In this document: piece after piece, positions 50,422 through 61,877 of the stretch
How the letters are laid out: the number at the start of each line of letters is the position of its first letter
Numbering within the stretch: the stretch's first letter is position 1
Origin: a bacterium
Lineage (GTDB): Bacteria > JAAXHH01
Assembly (NCBI GenBank): GCA_965240335.1
Contig: CBDEKM010000018.1
Span: 73,417 to 137,416, forward strand
Reading direction: 5' to 3'
Length of the DNA: 64,000 nucleotides
The notes under the pieces: model-generated
What the model saw: only the letters and a program-made list of their open reading frames with translations
What the model was told of the DNA's origin: nothing
Databases searched by the model: none
Translations under genes and position numbers: made by a program

Positions 50422-51251
50422 TTGTCGATACGCACACCCACTTTTACGATCCCTCCCGGCCGCAGGGCGTGCCATGGCCCGGTCCCGACGACGAGTTTCT
50501 GTACCGGCGCATCCTGCCGGAGGATTTCAAGGCCGAAGCGTTGTCCGAGGGCGTCACGGGCACGGTCGTAGTGGAAGCCAGCGTCTGGGTGGAGGACAAC
50601 ACGTGGATCCTGGACCTGGCCAAGGACGATCCGTTTCTGCTGGGCCTGGTCGGACACCTGGAGCCTCCGGATTCGCGTTTCGAATCCGACCTGGACCGAT
50701 TCGCGGAACATGATCTTTTCTATGGCATCCGGCTGGGCAAGGTGCCGACCGACGATCCGGTATATCTCAAGGCAATCGAGCAACTCTTGGCGCACGACCT
50801 GTCACTGGACCTGCTCGTGGGCAAGGAGTGGCTGGCTGAAGTAGACCACTGCGCCGCCCGTTTTCCCGATCTGAGGATCGTGTTGAATCACCTGGCCCAC
50901 GTACCGGTAACAGGAGGACAGCCGGACCAGGAATGGGTATCCGGTATCAAGCGCGCCGCGGCCCATCCACAGCTGTTCTGCAAGATATCGGGTATGGTTG
51001 AACTGGCGCAGATTTCCCCGTCACCCGAGGATCCGGCCTATTACAAACCGGTGCAGGACGTGCTCTGGAACGCATTCGGCGAGAACAGGCTGCTGTATGC
51101 CAGCAACTGGCCGGTTTCCTGGAGATATGCTTCTTACCTCCAGGTTCAGCGACTGGCCATGGCGTGTATTGAACCCAGGGGATCGGAAGCCCGGGAAAAG
51201 ATCATGTGGAAGAACAGCAGGGATGCTTACAGGTGGGAGCCGCGAAACTGA
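50418..51251 (+). CDS. Amidohydrolase family protein (sugar lactonase-like)
   Basis: VDTHTH, GIRL, IVLNHL, CKISG, FGENRLLYASNWP. Confidence 0.82.
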   Translation: MIVDTHTHFYDPSRPQGVPWPGPDDEFLYRRILPEDFKAEALSEGVTGTVVVEASVWVEDNTWILDLAKDDPFLLGLVGHLEPPDSRFESDLDRFAEHDLFYGIRLGKVPTDDPVYLKAIEQLLAHDLSLDLLVGKEWLAEVDHCAARFPDLRIVLNHLAHVPVTGGQPDQEWVSGIKRAAAHPQLFCKISGMVELAQISPSPEDPAYYKPVQDVLWNAFGENRLLYASNWPVSWRYASYLQVQRLAMACIEPRGSEAREKIMWKNSRDAYRWEPRN

Positions 51252-51284
51252 CGTAATAGCGACGGTTTTCGTACTGCTGAATTA

Positions 51285-52586
51285 CTACCGGTCCTCTATC
51301 GGTACGTACTTGCAGACGTCGTCGCCGGTATAGATCTGGCGGGGTCGCGCGATTTTCTGCTCCGGATCGTCCAGCATTTCCGCCCACTGCGCCAGCCAGC
51401 CCACGGTACGGGGAATCGCGAACAGCACAGGGAACATTTCAAGCGGAAATCCCATGGCCTGGTAGATGAGGCCAGAATAGAAATCGACATTCGGGTAGAG
51501 TTGTCGATTGACGAAGTAATCGTCTTCGAGCGCGATACGCTCCAGTTCCACGGCTACGTCGAGCAGCGTGTTGCTTTCGGTCACGCCCAGTACCCGGTGG
51601 GTCATCTCCTTGAGAATCTTGGCCCTGGGATCGTAGTTCTTGTACACCCTGTGGCCGAACCCCATGAGCCGGATATCGCCCTGCTTGACCTTCTTGATGT
51701 AAGCGGGTACACGGCTGATGTGGCCGATTTCCTGCAGCATGTGCAGGACTTGCTCGTTGGCGCCACCGTGAAGGGGACCGTACAGACCGGCCGCGGCGGC
51801 GGCAACGGACACGTAGGGATCGGGAAGGGAACTGCCGACGCTCCGCATCGCGTTGGCGCTGCAGTTCTGTTCGTGGTCCACGTGCAGGATGAACACCACG
51901 TCCAGGGCCTTTTCCAGCACGGGATCGGGGGTGTACTTTTCCGTCATCTTGTACATCATGGACAGGAAGTTGCCGCAGTAACCCAGGCCATTGTCCGGAT
52001 AGGTGTAGGGATGGCCCTGGCTGTGCCTGAACGCGAAGGCGGCGATGGTCGGTATCTTGGCGATGAGACGGTGGATCTGTTCGTTCCGTATGGCAGCGTC
52101 GCGTATCTGTTTGGCTTCCGGATAGAAGGTGGACAACGCGGCAACCGTACTGATCAGGATGCCCATGGGATGGGCGTCGTACCGGAATCCGTCCATGAAC
52201 TTCTTGATGTTCTCATGGACGATCGCGTGATGGGTGATATCGTATGACCACTCATCGAGTTCGGCCCTGGTCGGCAGCATGCCATGAACGATCAGGAAGG
52301 CGACTTCGAGAAAGGAACTATTGACTGCCAGGTCCTCTATGGGATAGCCCCGGTAGCGCAGGATGCCCTTCTCACCGTCGATGTGGGTAATGCTGCTCCG
52401 GCAGGAGGCGGTATTGTTGAACGCAGGATCGTATCCCAGTAACCCGAAATCGTCCTCGGACACCTTGATCTGTCTAAAATCCGTGGTGGGAATCGCGGCG
52501 CCGTACTTGTCATAGGTCCCGTAAATGATTGGGATCTCGTATTCCTTGCCGGTCCGGTTGTCAATGACGGTCAACGTGTCAGGCAT
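51285..52586 (-). CDS. gltA: Citrate synthase
   Basis: IDGEKGILRYRGY, DHEQNCS, GPLHGGANE, GFGHRVYKNYDPRA, YPNVDFYSG. Confidence 0.96.
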   Translation of the reverse strand: MPDTLTVIDNRTGKEYEIPIIYGTYDKYGAAIPTTDFRQIKVSEDDFGLLGYDPAFNNTASCRSSITHIDGEKGILRYRGYPIEDLAVNSSFLEVAFLIVHGMLPTRAELDEWSYDITHHAIVHENIKKFMDGFRYDAHPMGILISTVAALSTFYPEAKQIRDAAIRNEQIHRLIAKIPTIAAFAFRHSQGHPYTYPDNGLGYCGNFLSMMYKMTEKYTPDPVLEKALDVVFILHVDHEQNCSANAMRSVGSSLPDPYVSVAAAAAGLYGPLHGGANEQVLHMLQEIGHISRVPAYIKKVKQGDIRLMGFGHRVYKNYDPRAKILKEMTHRVLGVTESNTLLDVAVELERIALEDDYFVNRQLYPNVDFYSGLIYQAMGFPLEMFPVLFAIPRTVGWLAQWAEMLDDPEQKIARPRQIYTGDDVCKYVPIEDR

Positions 52587-52857
52587 TAAGTACAGCCTCC
52601 TGAGAACTCGCTATTACTCGCTTGGATGGGGATCGACACCGGAACTGGCGCGCCGTGAAACCAACAAGTTAATTCGCCGCGGCAAATTGGTCAACCCAAT
52701 AATCAATCCTGAGCAGTCCTCGTTTCAGTGCCGAACGCTCATTGCTCCGGGATGGAAACGGCCAGGGAACTCGCGCTCTGGCGGGTCGCCCTGGCCTCCG
52801 GTTTCGTTTACGAATTGGATGATATCACGGGGTTGTTGAACCCCGGCAAACCAACGG

Positions 52858-54030
52858 CTACGGATCAACCCAGCGACCGTCCGACCTGATCAGGTCGACC
52901 AGCTCCTCGACGCCGCGTTCCTGGGGTACGCTCATCTTTACGCATTCACGTCCCCGGTAGAGGGAAATGATCCCGTTGGCGCGTCCGACATACCCGTAAT
53001 CGGCATCGGCCATTTCTCCCGGGCCGTTGACGATGCAACCCATGACGGCAATGTCCAGCCCCGCGAGATGGTCGGTGGCCGACTTTACCTCCGCCAGCAC
53101 ATGCTCCAGGTTGAACTTGGTACGCCCACAGGATGGGCAGGCGATAAATTCCACCTTGGTTCGGCGCAGCCCCAGTGCCTGGAGGATGTCGTAACACACG
53201 GGAATCTCGTGGGCAGGGTCCTCGGTAAGGGACACCCGTATGGTGTCGCCGAGCCCCTCGGCCAGCAGCGTACCGATGCCCGAAGTGGATTTAACCCGGG
53301 CGTATTCTCCGTCACCGGCCTCGGTGACACCCAGGTGAAGTGGGTAATCCATGTCTTCTTCGTCCATGCGGCTGGCCATGAGCCGGTTGGCCTGCAACAT
53401 GACAGGAACGCGGGACGCCTTGAGCGAAACGACCAGATTCCGGTAGTCGTGCGCCTCGCAAATCCGAATGAACTCCTGCGCGGATTCCACCATGCCCAGC
53501 GGCGTGTCGCCATATGTCACGGTCATCCGGTCCGACAGGGAACCGTGATTCACACCTATACGCATGGCGATGTCCCGTTCCCTGCAAACCTTGATAACGG
53601 GAGCGAGGTCTTCCTCCACCTTGTTTTTAGCAGCTTCAAACTCTTCCGGCGTGTATTCAATGGAATCAGACAAGCGCTGGAACACGAACAACCCCGGATT
53701 TATACGGACCTTGTCGACCGATCTGGCAACTTCTTCGGCTATCCTGGTGCCTTGATGATGAACGTCCGCTACCAGGGGCACGTCGATCCCGCGGCGTACC
53801 AGGATTTGCTTGATCTCCCGAAGACAGTGGGCGTCAGCCAACGTGGGCGTGGTCACGCGCACGATTTCACAACCCAGTTCGTGCAGTCGAATGATCGCGT
53901 CCACGCAGGCTGCCACGTCCCGGGTGTTCTCCGTAATCATCGATTGTACGACGACAGGATGCAGGCCGCCGATCGTGACGTTGCCGACGCGGACCTCACG
54001 GGTCTTTCGCCGTGGATAGATCATCTCCAT
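52858..54030 (-). CDS. ispG: 4-hydroxy-3-methylbut-2-en-1-yl diphosphate synthase
   Basis: [52 protein letters not shown]. Confidence 0.96.
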   Translation of the reverse strand: MEMIYPRRKTREVRVGNVTIGGLHPVVVQSMITENTRDVAACVDAIIRLHELGCEIVRVTTPTLADAHCLREIKQILVRRGIDVPLVADVHHQGTRIAEEVARSVDKVRINPGLFVFQRLSDSIEYTPEEFEAAKNKVEEDLAPVIKVCRERDIAMRIGVNHGSLSDRMTVTYGDTPLGMVESAQEFIRICEAHDYRNLVVSLKASRVPVMLQANRLMASRMDEEDMDYPLHLGVTEAGDGEYARVKSTSGIGTLLAEGLGDTIRVSLTEDPAHEIPVCYDILQALGLRRTKVEFIACPSCGRTKFNLEHVLAEVKSATDHLAGLDIAVMGCIVNGPGEMADADYGYVGRANGIISLYRGRECVKMSVPQERGVEELVDLIRSDGRWVDP

Positions 54031-54249
54031 GCTGTCAAATCCTTCATGCGGGCCACGATGGCCAGGATCATCCCGGTGTACGATCCCGAAATACTAAGGT
54101 TTCCTGATACCGGGTATGCACGAGTCTTTCTTTGTACCTCCGAAACGCACTAAGTAACGTACCTGGAACAGCCCGTTTGTCAATACCTTAATGCCCGGAG
54201 AATCGACCTTTCGGGCCGGTCTATCGTCATGGGATGCCGCTGATTTCGC

Positions 54250-54936
54250 TTAGCGCAACGGGATCAATCCCAGTTCGACCCGGTCCAGGTCACCGGGTGT
54301 GACGCGGGGGGGATGAGCGATATGAAACTTCGGTCCCGAGATGGTCCTGGTACTACTCACCAGCACACGCCGGTCAAACGTGAACGCCCGAATGTACAGG
54401 GCATGCCACTGAAACGGCCGGGGTAGCCGGATCATTCTGAAGTATATCCTGTGGCGCCGGTCCAGCCGGATTTCTCCAAGCAGCGCACCATCTCCGCTGA
54501 CGATATACGGCGCTTGAGGCCCCTTTGCCGCGCCAGCAGGAGATAGACCCGGGTGAAGGGCAGGGGATGGGCTCGAGGCGGATAGGTCTGACCCCCCGAC
54601 AGGAGAGGCATGCCTGGCAACCGGCATACGGGTTGAATGGCGAACGCAGAGCACATACCAGATCACATGGTTGAAAGGCACGGGATAGGAAGTCGCGCCC
54701 GATTCATTCAACCATCCCAGTTTATCCCGGCAGTCGAGACATATGCCCAGGTGACTGTTCACGGTCTCGCTCTCGGCCGAGGAAAGTTGCTCCCTATCTT
54801 CATGGTACGCTACCAGGGTTCCCGATGAAGGACATGACGACAACAGCGGTTCGCTGAATTTGCGCAGGAGGTCAGCGATCTGCGTTCGATCTGGCAACCT
54901 GCCGATGTTGCCGTGCCTCCCGACTCGCTGATGCAT
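54250..54936 (-). CDS. Putative zinc-binding anti-sigma factor-like protein
   Basis: C-x...HLGICLDC (ZAS-type HxxxCxxC) near the N-terminus; immediately downstream of an ECF sigma. Confidence 0.6.
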   Translation of the reverse strand: MHQRVGRHGNIGRLPDRTQIADLLRKFSEPLLSSCPSSGTLVAYHEDREQLSSAESETVNSHLGICLDCRDKLGWLNESGATSYPVPFNHVIWYVLCVRHSTRMPVARHASPVGGSDLSASSPSPALHPGLSPAGAAKGPQAPYIVSGDGALLGEIRLDRRHRIYFRMIRLPRPFQWHALYIRAFTFDRRVLVSSTRTISGPKFHIAHPPRVTPGDLDRVELGLIPLR

Positions 54937-54942
54937 GACTGA

Positions 54943-55650
54943 CTACTCCTTATTTTCAGGCCTGGAATGCCGTATACCTTCACTAACGCAGTTGGTAAAA
55001 TGTTCGTAGTCTCGGAATCTACTCTGCATTTTGCGTCTGAGCCGATACATGCAGTCGTAAATCATCTGCCCCATGCGTTGTACCGGTACCCCGAGCACTT
55101 CCGCGATGTCCTCCCTGCTCAGTTCACCTTTCAGTTCTCTGACGTACATTTTAAGGACGTCTCGACACCTCGGCCCGGTGTAATACTTCAGGGCCGTATG
55201 CAACAGAAAAACCTGTTCCTCTTCCTCCATAGTCCGGAAAAACCGGTCCGGCCGGTTGTTCGGATCGGTATCTTCGATCTGCAATCCGGACTCGCTGCTC
55301 GATGCAAACCAGTCGATATCGACGAATTTAATCCCTCTACCCCGGGCGACACCAAGTCGCGAAGGCATGGCGTCCAGACACTTGATCTTGGCTATGCGGG
55401 AAATGTAGGTGCTCAGCGCGCTCCGAAATTCGAATTGTGGAAGACTCTGAATGACCGCGATGTAAATATCGTTGAGGATGTCTTCCTTTTCACCTGCCGG
55501 GATCCAGTATGCTTTCTGGAATACCCAGAAATGGACGGGCTTGTCCGGTGTAAAGTATAAATCATAGAGTTTACTCTTCGCATCCGATCTACCTGCCAGG
55601 CAGGCGTGTATCAGGTGCGCGTCCTTGGGCCTTTTCGATTGCATGTTCAT
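54943..55650 (-). CDS. ECF-type RNA polymerase sigma factor (atypical)
   Basis: LIHACLAG, EDILNDIY, FEFRSALSTYISRIA (region 2); CRDVL...LSREDIAEVLG...CMYRLR (region 4). Confidence 0.75.
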   Translation of the reverse strand: MNMQSKRPKDAHLIHACLAGRSDAKSKLYDLYFTPDKPVHFWVFQKAYWIPAGEKEDILNDIYIAVIQSLPQFEFRSALSTYISRIAKIKCLDAMPSRLGVARGRGIKFVDIDWFASSSESGLQIEDTDPNNRPDRFFRTMEEEEQVFLLHTALKYYTGPRCRDVLKMYVRELKGELSREDIAEVLGVPVQRMGQMIYDCMYRLRRKMQSRFRDYEHFTNCVSEGIRHSRPENKE

Positions 55651-56338
55651 GGCTCCAAAGTATTTACGTTACCATTGAAAGCGCCTTGTCGAAAACGGCT
55701 AAACCGGCGCAGTGGATTCAATCGACTCTTCATCGTTTTGGTACACTGAAACCGAACGCTGCTCATGCCCCGGTGGACCCGGTATTACAGCGTTCAATCT
55801 GTGCTAATTCAAAGGCGGTAGATGGTACACGCCTGTATGCACCGAAGTGGAGACCGGGGGAACCCGATCAAGCCAATGAATCTTAGTGCAGACCGGTGAC
55901 AGCCTCGTGGCGCCTCATCGTGGCGGACCGGTTAAGAAAATCCAGTACGGTGTTTGTCGGTTGGGTGGATTCCGAATATGTTACCGTACCAGCCGCTCTT
56001 TGCTGCCAACTGCCCGGCTTAAATAAGCTCGGTAACAAATTGGCCAGTCAACGAATAATGTACACGTGTGCATTACAAGTTAAAAAAGAGTTTCAGAACG
56101 ACTTATCTGGATTAGTCGGAAAAACGCTTAGAAACTCGTACATATAAACAAATATCGGCATTACACAGCGGTTATGATGGGTGTCGATCACTCGTTTTTC
56201 CTTGTGGGATTCGTACGCCGACCTTACACTCTTCGCCGAATGGGAACGCGACGGGAGAGGCCGTCGCGCGACAGAAGTCTGTGAAAACCACCGTATATAC
56301 GACAGTTTTAAAATAACCCCAATTCCATTACAAACCCC

Positions 56339-57232
56339 ATGTCCAAACTGGTCCACGGCATTTGGCCGGCACTCTGCACACCTTTCGATGACCGGCTTGC
56401 TTTGTCGCCCGATCGCGTGGCGCCCCTGGTACGGCACCTGGTGGAAGCCGGCAGCAACGGTTTCTTCATCACCGGCGGAACGGGCGAGGGCGGACAGATG
56501 TCGGTCGTGGAACGCCGGTGCATGTGCGAGACCGTAACCCGCGACGTCGCGGGCCAGGTTCCGGTGATCTTTCACGTGGGTGGGACGACCACGGAGGACG
56601 CCGTCGTCCTGGCGTCAGAAGCAGGTTCGCTGGGTGCGGACGCGGTGGCATCCATTGCCCCCGTGGATCAACCCAACGACCTGGCGGCGGCCGTTCGGCA
56701 CTACGCTGCCATTGGAAAGGCGTCCGAGGTTCCCTTCTATGTCTACTGGCTTGCGCGCAACGTCGACGGGCAGGTCACGCCCGAGCAATTCCTGGAAGCC
56801 ATGGACACGGTGCCCAACTTTGCGGGTATAAAGTTCACAGACCCGAACTTCTTTGTCTTTCAGCAGCTTGTCGACCTGTCGAAGGGAAAACTGAATGCCA
56901 TCACAGGACCGGACGAGATGTGCGTGGCGGGATTCGTGATGGGCAGCGACGGGGCCATCGGATCGATGTACAACATCATGCCCCGGATGTTCCTGTGCAT
57001 GTACGACGCCTTTCGAAGCGGCCGCGTACGGGAAGCCATGGAACTGCAGGTACAGGCCAACCGGGTCATCGCGCTGCTGATTTCCGTCGGTGTCCTGGCG
57101 GGGATCAAGGCGATGCTCGGGTGGCGCGGCGTGCCAGTGGGACCGCCGCGTCCGCCACTCGCCCGGCTGACGGCAGAAGGAGAAGACCGGCTGCGAGCCG
57201 GCCTGGAGGCACTGGATTTCGACGTAGTTTGA
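56339..57232 (+). CDS. DapA/NanA class I aldolase family protein
   Basis: ALCTPF, TGGTGEG, FYVY, GIKFTD Schiff-base Lys, GAIGSMYN (NanA-like). Confidence 0.85.
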   Translation: MSKLVHGIWPALCTPFDDRLALSPDRVAPLVRHLVEAGSNGFFITGGTGEGGQMSVVERRCMCETVTRDVAGQVPVIFHVGGTTTEDAVVLASEAGSLGADAVASIAPVDQPNDLAAAVRHYAAIGKASEVPFYVYWLARNVDGQVTPEQFLEAMDTVPNFAGIKFTDPNFFVFQQLVDLSKGKLNAITGPDEMCVAGFVMGSDGAIGSMYNIMPRMFLCMYDAFRSGRVREAMELQVQANRVIALLISVGVLAGIKAMLGWRGVPVGPPRPPLARLTAEGEDRLRAGLEALDFDVV

Positions 57233-57296
57233 ACGACGATACGTTGGGGCACTCGATGTTGTTACCAGGGAACCCCCTTCAGGAGAATCACATCCC

Positions 57297-58847
57297 ATGT
57301 CCATGTCCGACAAAATGAAACACCTGGACGCGCTGCGAAAAAAGGCGGGCGAAGGCGGCGGAAAGAACCGCATCACCCGGCAGCATGAGGCGGGGAAATG
57401 GACCGCCAGGGAACGGGTAGCCTTTCTTCTGGACGAAGGCAGTTTCCAGGAGATCGGCGCGTTCGTGACCCACGATTGCCGTGACTTCGGCATGGAGGGA
57501 AAGGAAATACTCGGCGACGGCGTGATCACGGGCTACGGTACGATCGACGGCCGAAGCGTCTACGTGGTCTCCGAAGACTTCACCGTATTCGGCGGATCGC
57601 TGGGCCAGGCATACGGAGAGAAGATCTGCAAGGTCATGGACCTGGCGATGAAGAATGGCGCGCCGATCATCAGTTTCAAGGATTCCGGAGGCGCGCGCAT
57701 ACAGGAAGGGGTGGTCAGTCTCGCGGGCTATGCCGACATCTTCCTGCGCAACGTGCTCGCGTCCGGAGTGATTCCGCAGATTTCGGTGATCATGGGACCC
57801 TGCGCGGGTGGCGCGGTCTATTCACCGGCGATGACCGATTTCGTATTCATGGTAGAGGATACCAGTTACATGTTCATCACCGGTCCGGACGTCATCCGCG
57901 CGGTCACCCACGAAGAGGTGACCTTCGACGAACTGGGCGGCGCGCACGTCCACAATTCCGTAACGGGCGTGGCTCATTTTTCGGCGCCTGACGAACCCGC
58001 GTGCCTGTCCATGGTGAAAGAACTCCTGGCGTACCTGCCCGCTAACAACATGGAGGATCCACTCCGGGTGGCTCCCACGGACGACCCCGACCGGATGGAC
58101 GAGGAACTCGCCGGTATCGTGCCGGATGACGCCAACAAACCCTACGACATAAAGGATGTGATCCACCGGGTGGTGGACCTTGACAGCTTCTTCGAAGTGC
58201 ATGCCGAATTCGCCGCCAACATCGTCGTGGGATTCGCCCGGTTCAACGGCCGGACCGCCGGAATTGTCGCCAATCAACCCGCTTCGCTTGCCGGCGTGCT
58301 GGACATCGACGCGTCCGTGAAAGGCGCGCGGTTCGTACGATTCTGCGATGCCTTTAATATCCCCCTGGTCGTTTTCGAGGACGTACCCGGGTTTCTGCCC
58401 GGCGTCAGCCAGGAGCATGGCGGCATCATCAAGGAAGGTGCAAAGCTGCTATACGCGTTTTGTGAAAGTACGGTGCCGCGACTGACCGTGGTCACGCGCA
58501 AGGCATACGGCGGGGCATACTGCGTGATGAACAGCAAGCATATACGCGCCGACATCAACTACGCCTGGCCGTCAGGACAGTTCGCGGTCATGGGTCCGGA
58601 AGCCTCGGTGAACGTGCTTTACCGCCGGGAACTGGCCGACGCGGATGATCCCGATGCCCGAAGGAAAGAGCTGACTGCCGAATTCCGGGAGAAGTTCGAC
58701 AATCCCTATGTCGCGGCGAAAATTGGGTATATCGACGAAGTGATCCAGCCCCAGGAAACCCGTCCCCGAATCATATCCGCGTTGGAGATGCTGAAGAACA
58801 AGAGAGATACGAATCCACCCAAGAAGCACGGGAATATCCCGCTTTAA
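57297..58847 (+). CDS. pccB: Acyl-CoA (propionyl-CoA) carboxylase carboxyltransferase subunit
   Basis: [47 protein letters not shown]. Confidence 0.92.
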   Translation: MSMSDKMKHLDALRKKAGEGGGKNRITRQHEAGKWTARERVAFLLDEGSFQEIGAFVTHDCRDFGMEGKEILGDGVITGYGTIDGRSVYVVSEDFTVFGGSLGQAYGEKICKVMDLAMKNGAPIISFKDSGGARIQEGVVSLAGYADIFLRNVLASGVIPQISVIMGPCAGGAVYSPAMTDFVFMVEDTSYMFITGPDVIRAVTHEEVTFDELGGAHVHNSVTGVAHFSAPDEPACLSMVKELLAYLPANNMEDPLRVAPTDDPDRMDEELAGIVPDDANKPYDIKDVIHRVVDLDSFFEVHAEFAANIVVGFARFNGRTAGIVANQPASLAGVLDIDASVKGARFVRFCDAFNIPLVVFEDVPGFLPGVSQEHGGIIKEGAKLLYAFCESTVPRLTVVTRKAYGGAYCVMNSKHIRADINYAWPSGQFAVMGPEASVNVLYRRELADADDPDARRKELTAEFREKFDNPYVAAKIGYIDEVIQPQETRPRIISALEMLKNKRDTNPPKKHGNIPL

Positions 58848-58855
58848 GAGGGTAC

Positions 58856-60370
58856 ATGATCCGGAAAATACTGATCGCCAACCGGGGTGAGATCGCCGTC
58901 CGGGTGATCCGCACTTGCCGGGAGATGGGCATCGAGACGACGGCCGTTTTCTCTGAAGCGGACCGAACCGCGCTTCATGTCCAATTTGCCGACGAGGCGT
59001 ATTGCATTGGTGACGCGCCGTCTTCGGAAAGTTACCTCCGCATGGAGCGAATCATCGACACTGCTCGAGAGGCCGGGGCAGACGCGATCCACCCGGGATA
59101 TGGATTTCTCTCCGAGAACGGGGATTTCGCCGATCGCTGCACCGAGGAGGGGATTACGTTCATAGGCCCCTCTGGCGATGCCATGCGGACCATGGGAAGC
59201 AAGACTTCGGCGCGTAAGATCATGGGTCGGGCCGGGGTGCCGGTCGTACCGGGAACCGAAGAAGGAATCGAAAGCGACGAAGATGCGCTCGGCGTGGCGG
59301 AATCCATCGGGTACCCGGTCCTCGTCAAAGCGGCCATGGGCGGCGGTGGCAAAGGCATGCGCGTCGTGGAATCCCCGGCCGATCTTGCCGGTGCCCTCCG
59401 TGCAGCGCGGTCCGAGGCACAGTCCGCCTTCGGCGATGACACGGTCTACCTGGAAAAGTACCTGGAAGAACCCCGTCACGTGGAATTCCAGGTTCTCGCC
59501 GACCACCACGGGCGCGTGGTTCATCTCGGCGAGCGGGAATGTTCGATTCAGCGCCGCCATCAGAAACTCATAGAAGAATCACCCTCATGCATACTCGACG
59601 ATACATTGAGAAGCGCCATGGGCGAAGCAGCCGTCAAGGCAGCCGAGGCTGCAGGGTACACCAATGCCGGTACCGTGGAATTCATCGTGGACCGAAACCG
59701 CCAGTTCTATTTTCTCGAGATGAACACCCGCCTGCAGGTCGAGCACCCGGTCACGGAGTTGAGAACGGGACAGGACCTGGTCAGGAGGCAGATCGAGATC
59801 GCCGCCGGCATGCCCCTGCCCTACAAGCAGGAGGACGTACGGTTGCTCGGCGCGGCCCTGGAATGCCGCATATCCGCCGAAGACCCCGAAGCGCAATTCA
59901 TGCCATCGGTGGGCGTGGTTACGCGCCTGGGCGAGCCAGGAGGACCCGGTGTCCGTCTGGACAGTGGTTTCTGCGCGGGCTACGAGGTACCTATCTACTA
60001 TGATCCCATGATCGCCAAGCTGATCGTATGGGCCGAGAAACGGGAAGAGGCCATCGCCCGCATGAAAAGGGCCTTAAGCGAATACGATATCGGCGGTATC
60101 AAGACCACCATTCCATTTCACATTCGTGCCCTGTCGGATCCCCGCTTCACCTCCGGCGATTATTCAACGTCCTTCGTCGAAACCATGGGTCCTGACAAGG
60201 ATGCCGGGGTCGATGAGCGACATATCGCCGCCGCCTTTGCGGCGATCGTAAAACACCGGGAAGCGAAAAGGGCGATACCGGCCGGGATCGCCGGGGATGG
60301 TTCAGACGGGTCCAGGGAAAGTCCGTGGAAGCTGACCGGCCGGCGTGACGCCATGAGAAGAGAACGATGA
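58856..60370 (+). CDS. accC: Biotin carboxylase subunit
   Basis: LIANRGEIA, IHPGYGFLSEN, GGGGKGMR, RECSIQRRHQK, EMNTRLQVEHPVTE, YYDPMIAK. Confidence 0.93.
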   Translation: MIRKILIANRGEIAVRVIRTCREMGIETTAVFSEADRTALHVQFADEAYCIGDAPSSESYLRMERIIDTAREAGADAIHPGYGFLSENGDFADRCTEEGITFIGPSGDAMRTMGSKTSARKIMGRAGVPVVPGTEEGIESDEDALGVAESIGYPVLVKAAMGGGGKGMRVVESPADLAGALRAARSEAQSAFGDDTVYLEKYLEEPRHVEFQVLADHHGRVVHLGERECSIQRRHQKLIEESPSCILDDTLRSAMGEAAVKAAEAAGYTNAGTVEFIVDRNRQFYFLEMNTRLQVEHPVTELRTGQDLVRRQIEIAAGMPLPYKQEDVRLLGAALECRISAEDPEAQFMPSVGVVTRLGEPGGPGVRLDSGFCAGYEVPIYYDPMIAKLIVWAEKREEAIARMKRALSEYDIGGIKTTIPFHIRALSDPRFTSGDYSTSFVETMGPDKDAGVDERHIAAAFAAIVKHREAKRAIPAGIAGDGSDGSRESPWKLTGRRDAMRRER

Positions 60371-60395
60371 AACCCCTCCTGCCGCCTGCTGTCCG

Positions 60396-60929
60396 ATGCA
60401 AGAGACATCGAAAGGGTTAAAATTGGGATATCTCGTCACGATACAGGGTACGACGTACACGGTCAGCCTGGATGAACGGGAAGGCCAGGTCGCGCTGAGT
60501 GTCGATGGCAGGTCGTTTGAGATCGACATGGTCTCTCTTCACGGAGATCATTCGTACTCCCTGCTCATAAATGGAAGGTCCTATACGGCGGTTGCGGCCA
60601 CCCAGGGCGAACATCGGGAGGTCACTGTCAATGGCGTATCCTCCGACGTTGCCGTGGAAGACGAGGAACTGGCCCGGTTGCGCGGTCAGGTCAAATCTAA
60701 GCGACGCGCCGGCGGCGAACAGATCAAGGCGCCCATGCCCGGCCGCATCGTGTCGGTATCCGCTGCCGTGGGCGACACGGTGGAGACCGGCCAGGGCGTG
60801 GTCGTCATCGAAGCCATGAAGATGGAAAACGAACTCCGTGCCCACGCGGGCGGAACGGTTAAGGAAATCTTGGCCCGCGAAGGAGATACGGTAGACAAGA
60901 ATACCGTACTTGTGGTCATCGGGGACTGA
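60396..60929 (+). CDS. Biotin carboxyl carrier protein (with N-terminal beta domain)
   Basis: APMPG...EAMKMEN biotinylation motif; start may be TTG 60423. Confidence 0.9.
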   Translation: MQETSKGLKLGYLVTIQGTTYTVSLDEREGQVALSVDGRSFEIDMVSLHGDHSYSLLINGRSYTAVAATQGEHREVTVNGVSSDVAVEDEELARLRGQVKSKRRAGGEQIKAPMPGRIVSVSAAVGDTVETGQGVVVIEAMKMENELRAHAGGTVKEILAREGDTVDKNTVLVVIGD

Positions 60930-60962
60930 TCGGTCTTAGCCAGGTACAGAAAGGACAATTTC

Positions 60963-61877
60963 ATGCGTCTGGGTGTGGTGGGATACGCGCCGGGAGATCC
61001 CCGGGCCGTCAAGGTATCGGACTTGCAAAAGGCCTTGGATCTGGGCGTTACGTCCGTCTGTTATCACGGTCCCGGCGAGATCCTGGACGAGCTGACGCCG
61101 GCGGACTGCGACCGAGTCAATGATTTATACGATAACATGGGCCTGGAACTGGCCCAATTGGGCATAGGGTACAGCGAATGCCTGTTCGACCCGGACGGGG
61201 CGGTACGTGACCGGGTGGTACGGACCATTCACCGCGGCCTGGAAGTGGGAAGTTCGCTCCGGGCACACAATGTATTAATTCGGACTGGCAGCCTGAATCC
61301 GTCGGGATCCTACGACCCCGCACCCGAGAATCACGAACCCGGGCGTCTCGAGGTGCTCATCGACACCCTGTCGCGTGTTGCGAAGAAGGCCGAGGAGGAA
61401 GGGATGACCATCGTGGTCGAGACCCATGCGCTCACGATCATGGGGTCGCCCGAAATCAACAGGCAGGTAGTCGACGCCGTCGGTTCGGATCGTCTGCGCG
61501 TGGTCATGGACTTCGTGAACCACTTCCAGTCCCTGGCGCAGGTGTACGACAGTACGGAACGAATAAACCGCATCTTCGATTACATGGGGCCGATCTCGCC
61601 GATCGCCCATGTGAAAGACATCAGCCTGGGATCCGGACTGGTACTCCACATAAACGAAGAAGTGCCCGGCGCCGGCGAGCTGGACCTGGCCACGGCCGTG
61701 CAGCGCTGGGAAGCGCTATATCCGGACGGCTACATGCTGGTGGAACACCTGCCCGAAGAAAAGATCCCGATGGCGGTTGAGGGTGTCCGGCGCATCGCGG
61801 CAGAGGCCGGGGTGGCTATAGTTGACCGGGAGCGGGTTAACCTGAATAACCCAATCACTCACGAGAAATCATCATGA
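60963..61877 (+). CDS. Sugar phosphate isomerase/epimerase (xylose isomerase-like TIM barrel)
   Basis: VVETH, MDFVN, AHVKD, PGAGELD, LVEH. Confidence 0.8.
   Translation: MRLGVVGYAPGDPRAVKVSDLQKALDLGVTSVCYHGPGEILDELTPADCDRVNDLYDNMGLELAQLGIGYSECLFDPDGAVRDRVVRTIHRGLEVGSSLRAHNVLIRTGSLNPSGSYDPAPENHEPGRLEVLIDTLSRVAKKAEEEGMTIVVETHALTIMGSPEINRQVVDAVGSDRLRVVMDFVNHFQSLAQVYDSTERINRIFDYMGPISPIAHVKDISLGSGLVLHINEEVPGAGELDLATAVQRWEALYPDGYMLVEHLPEEKIPMAVEGVRRIAAEAGVAIVDRERVNLNNPITHEKSS

Noticed and set aside
52600-52857. Riboswitch upstream of gltA
   Set aside because: Hairpins (GGCCAGGG/CCCTGGCC; CGGGGTT/AACCCCG) are present, but no known aptamer motif; probably terminator-type structures after ispG.
55651-56338. 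Small ORFs or an ncRNA in the long intergenic region before the ECF sigma
   Set aside because: The ORFs lack an RBS or motifs, and only weak inverted repeats are present; nothing supportable.
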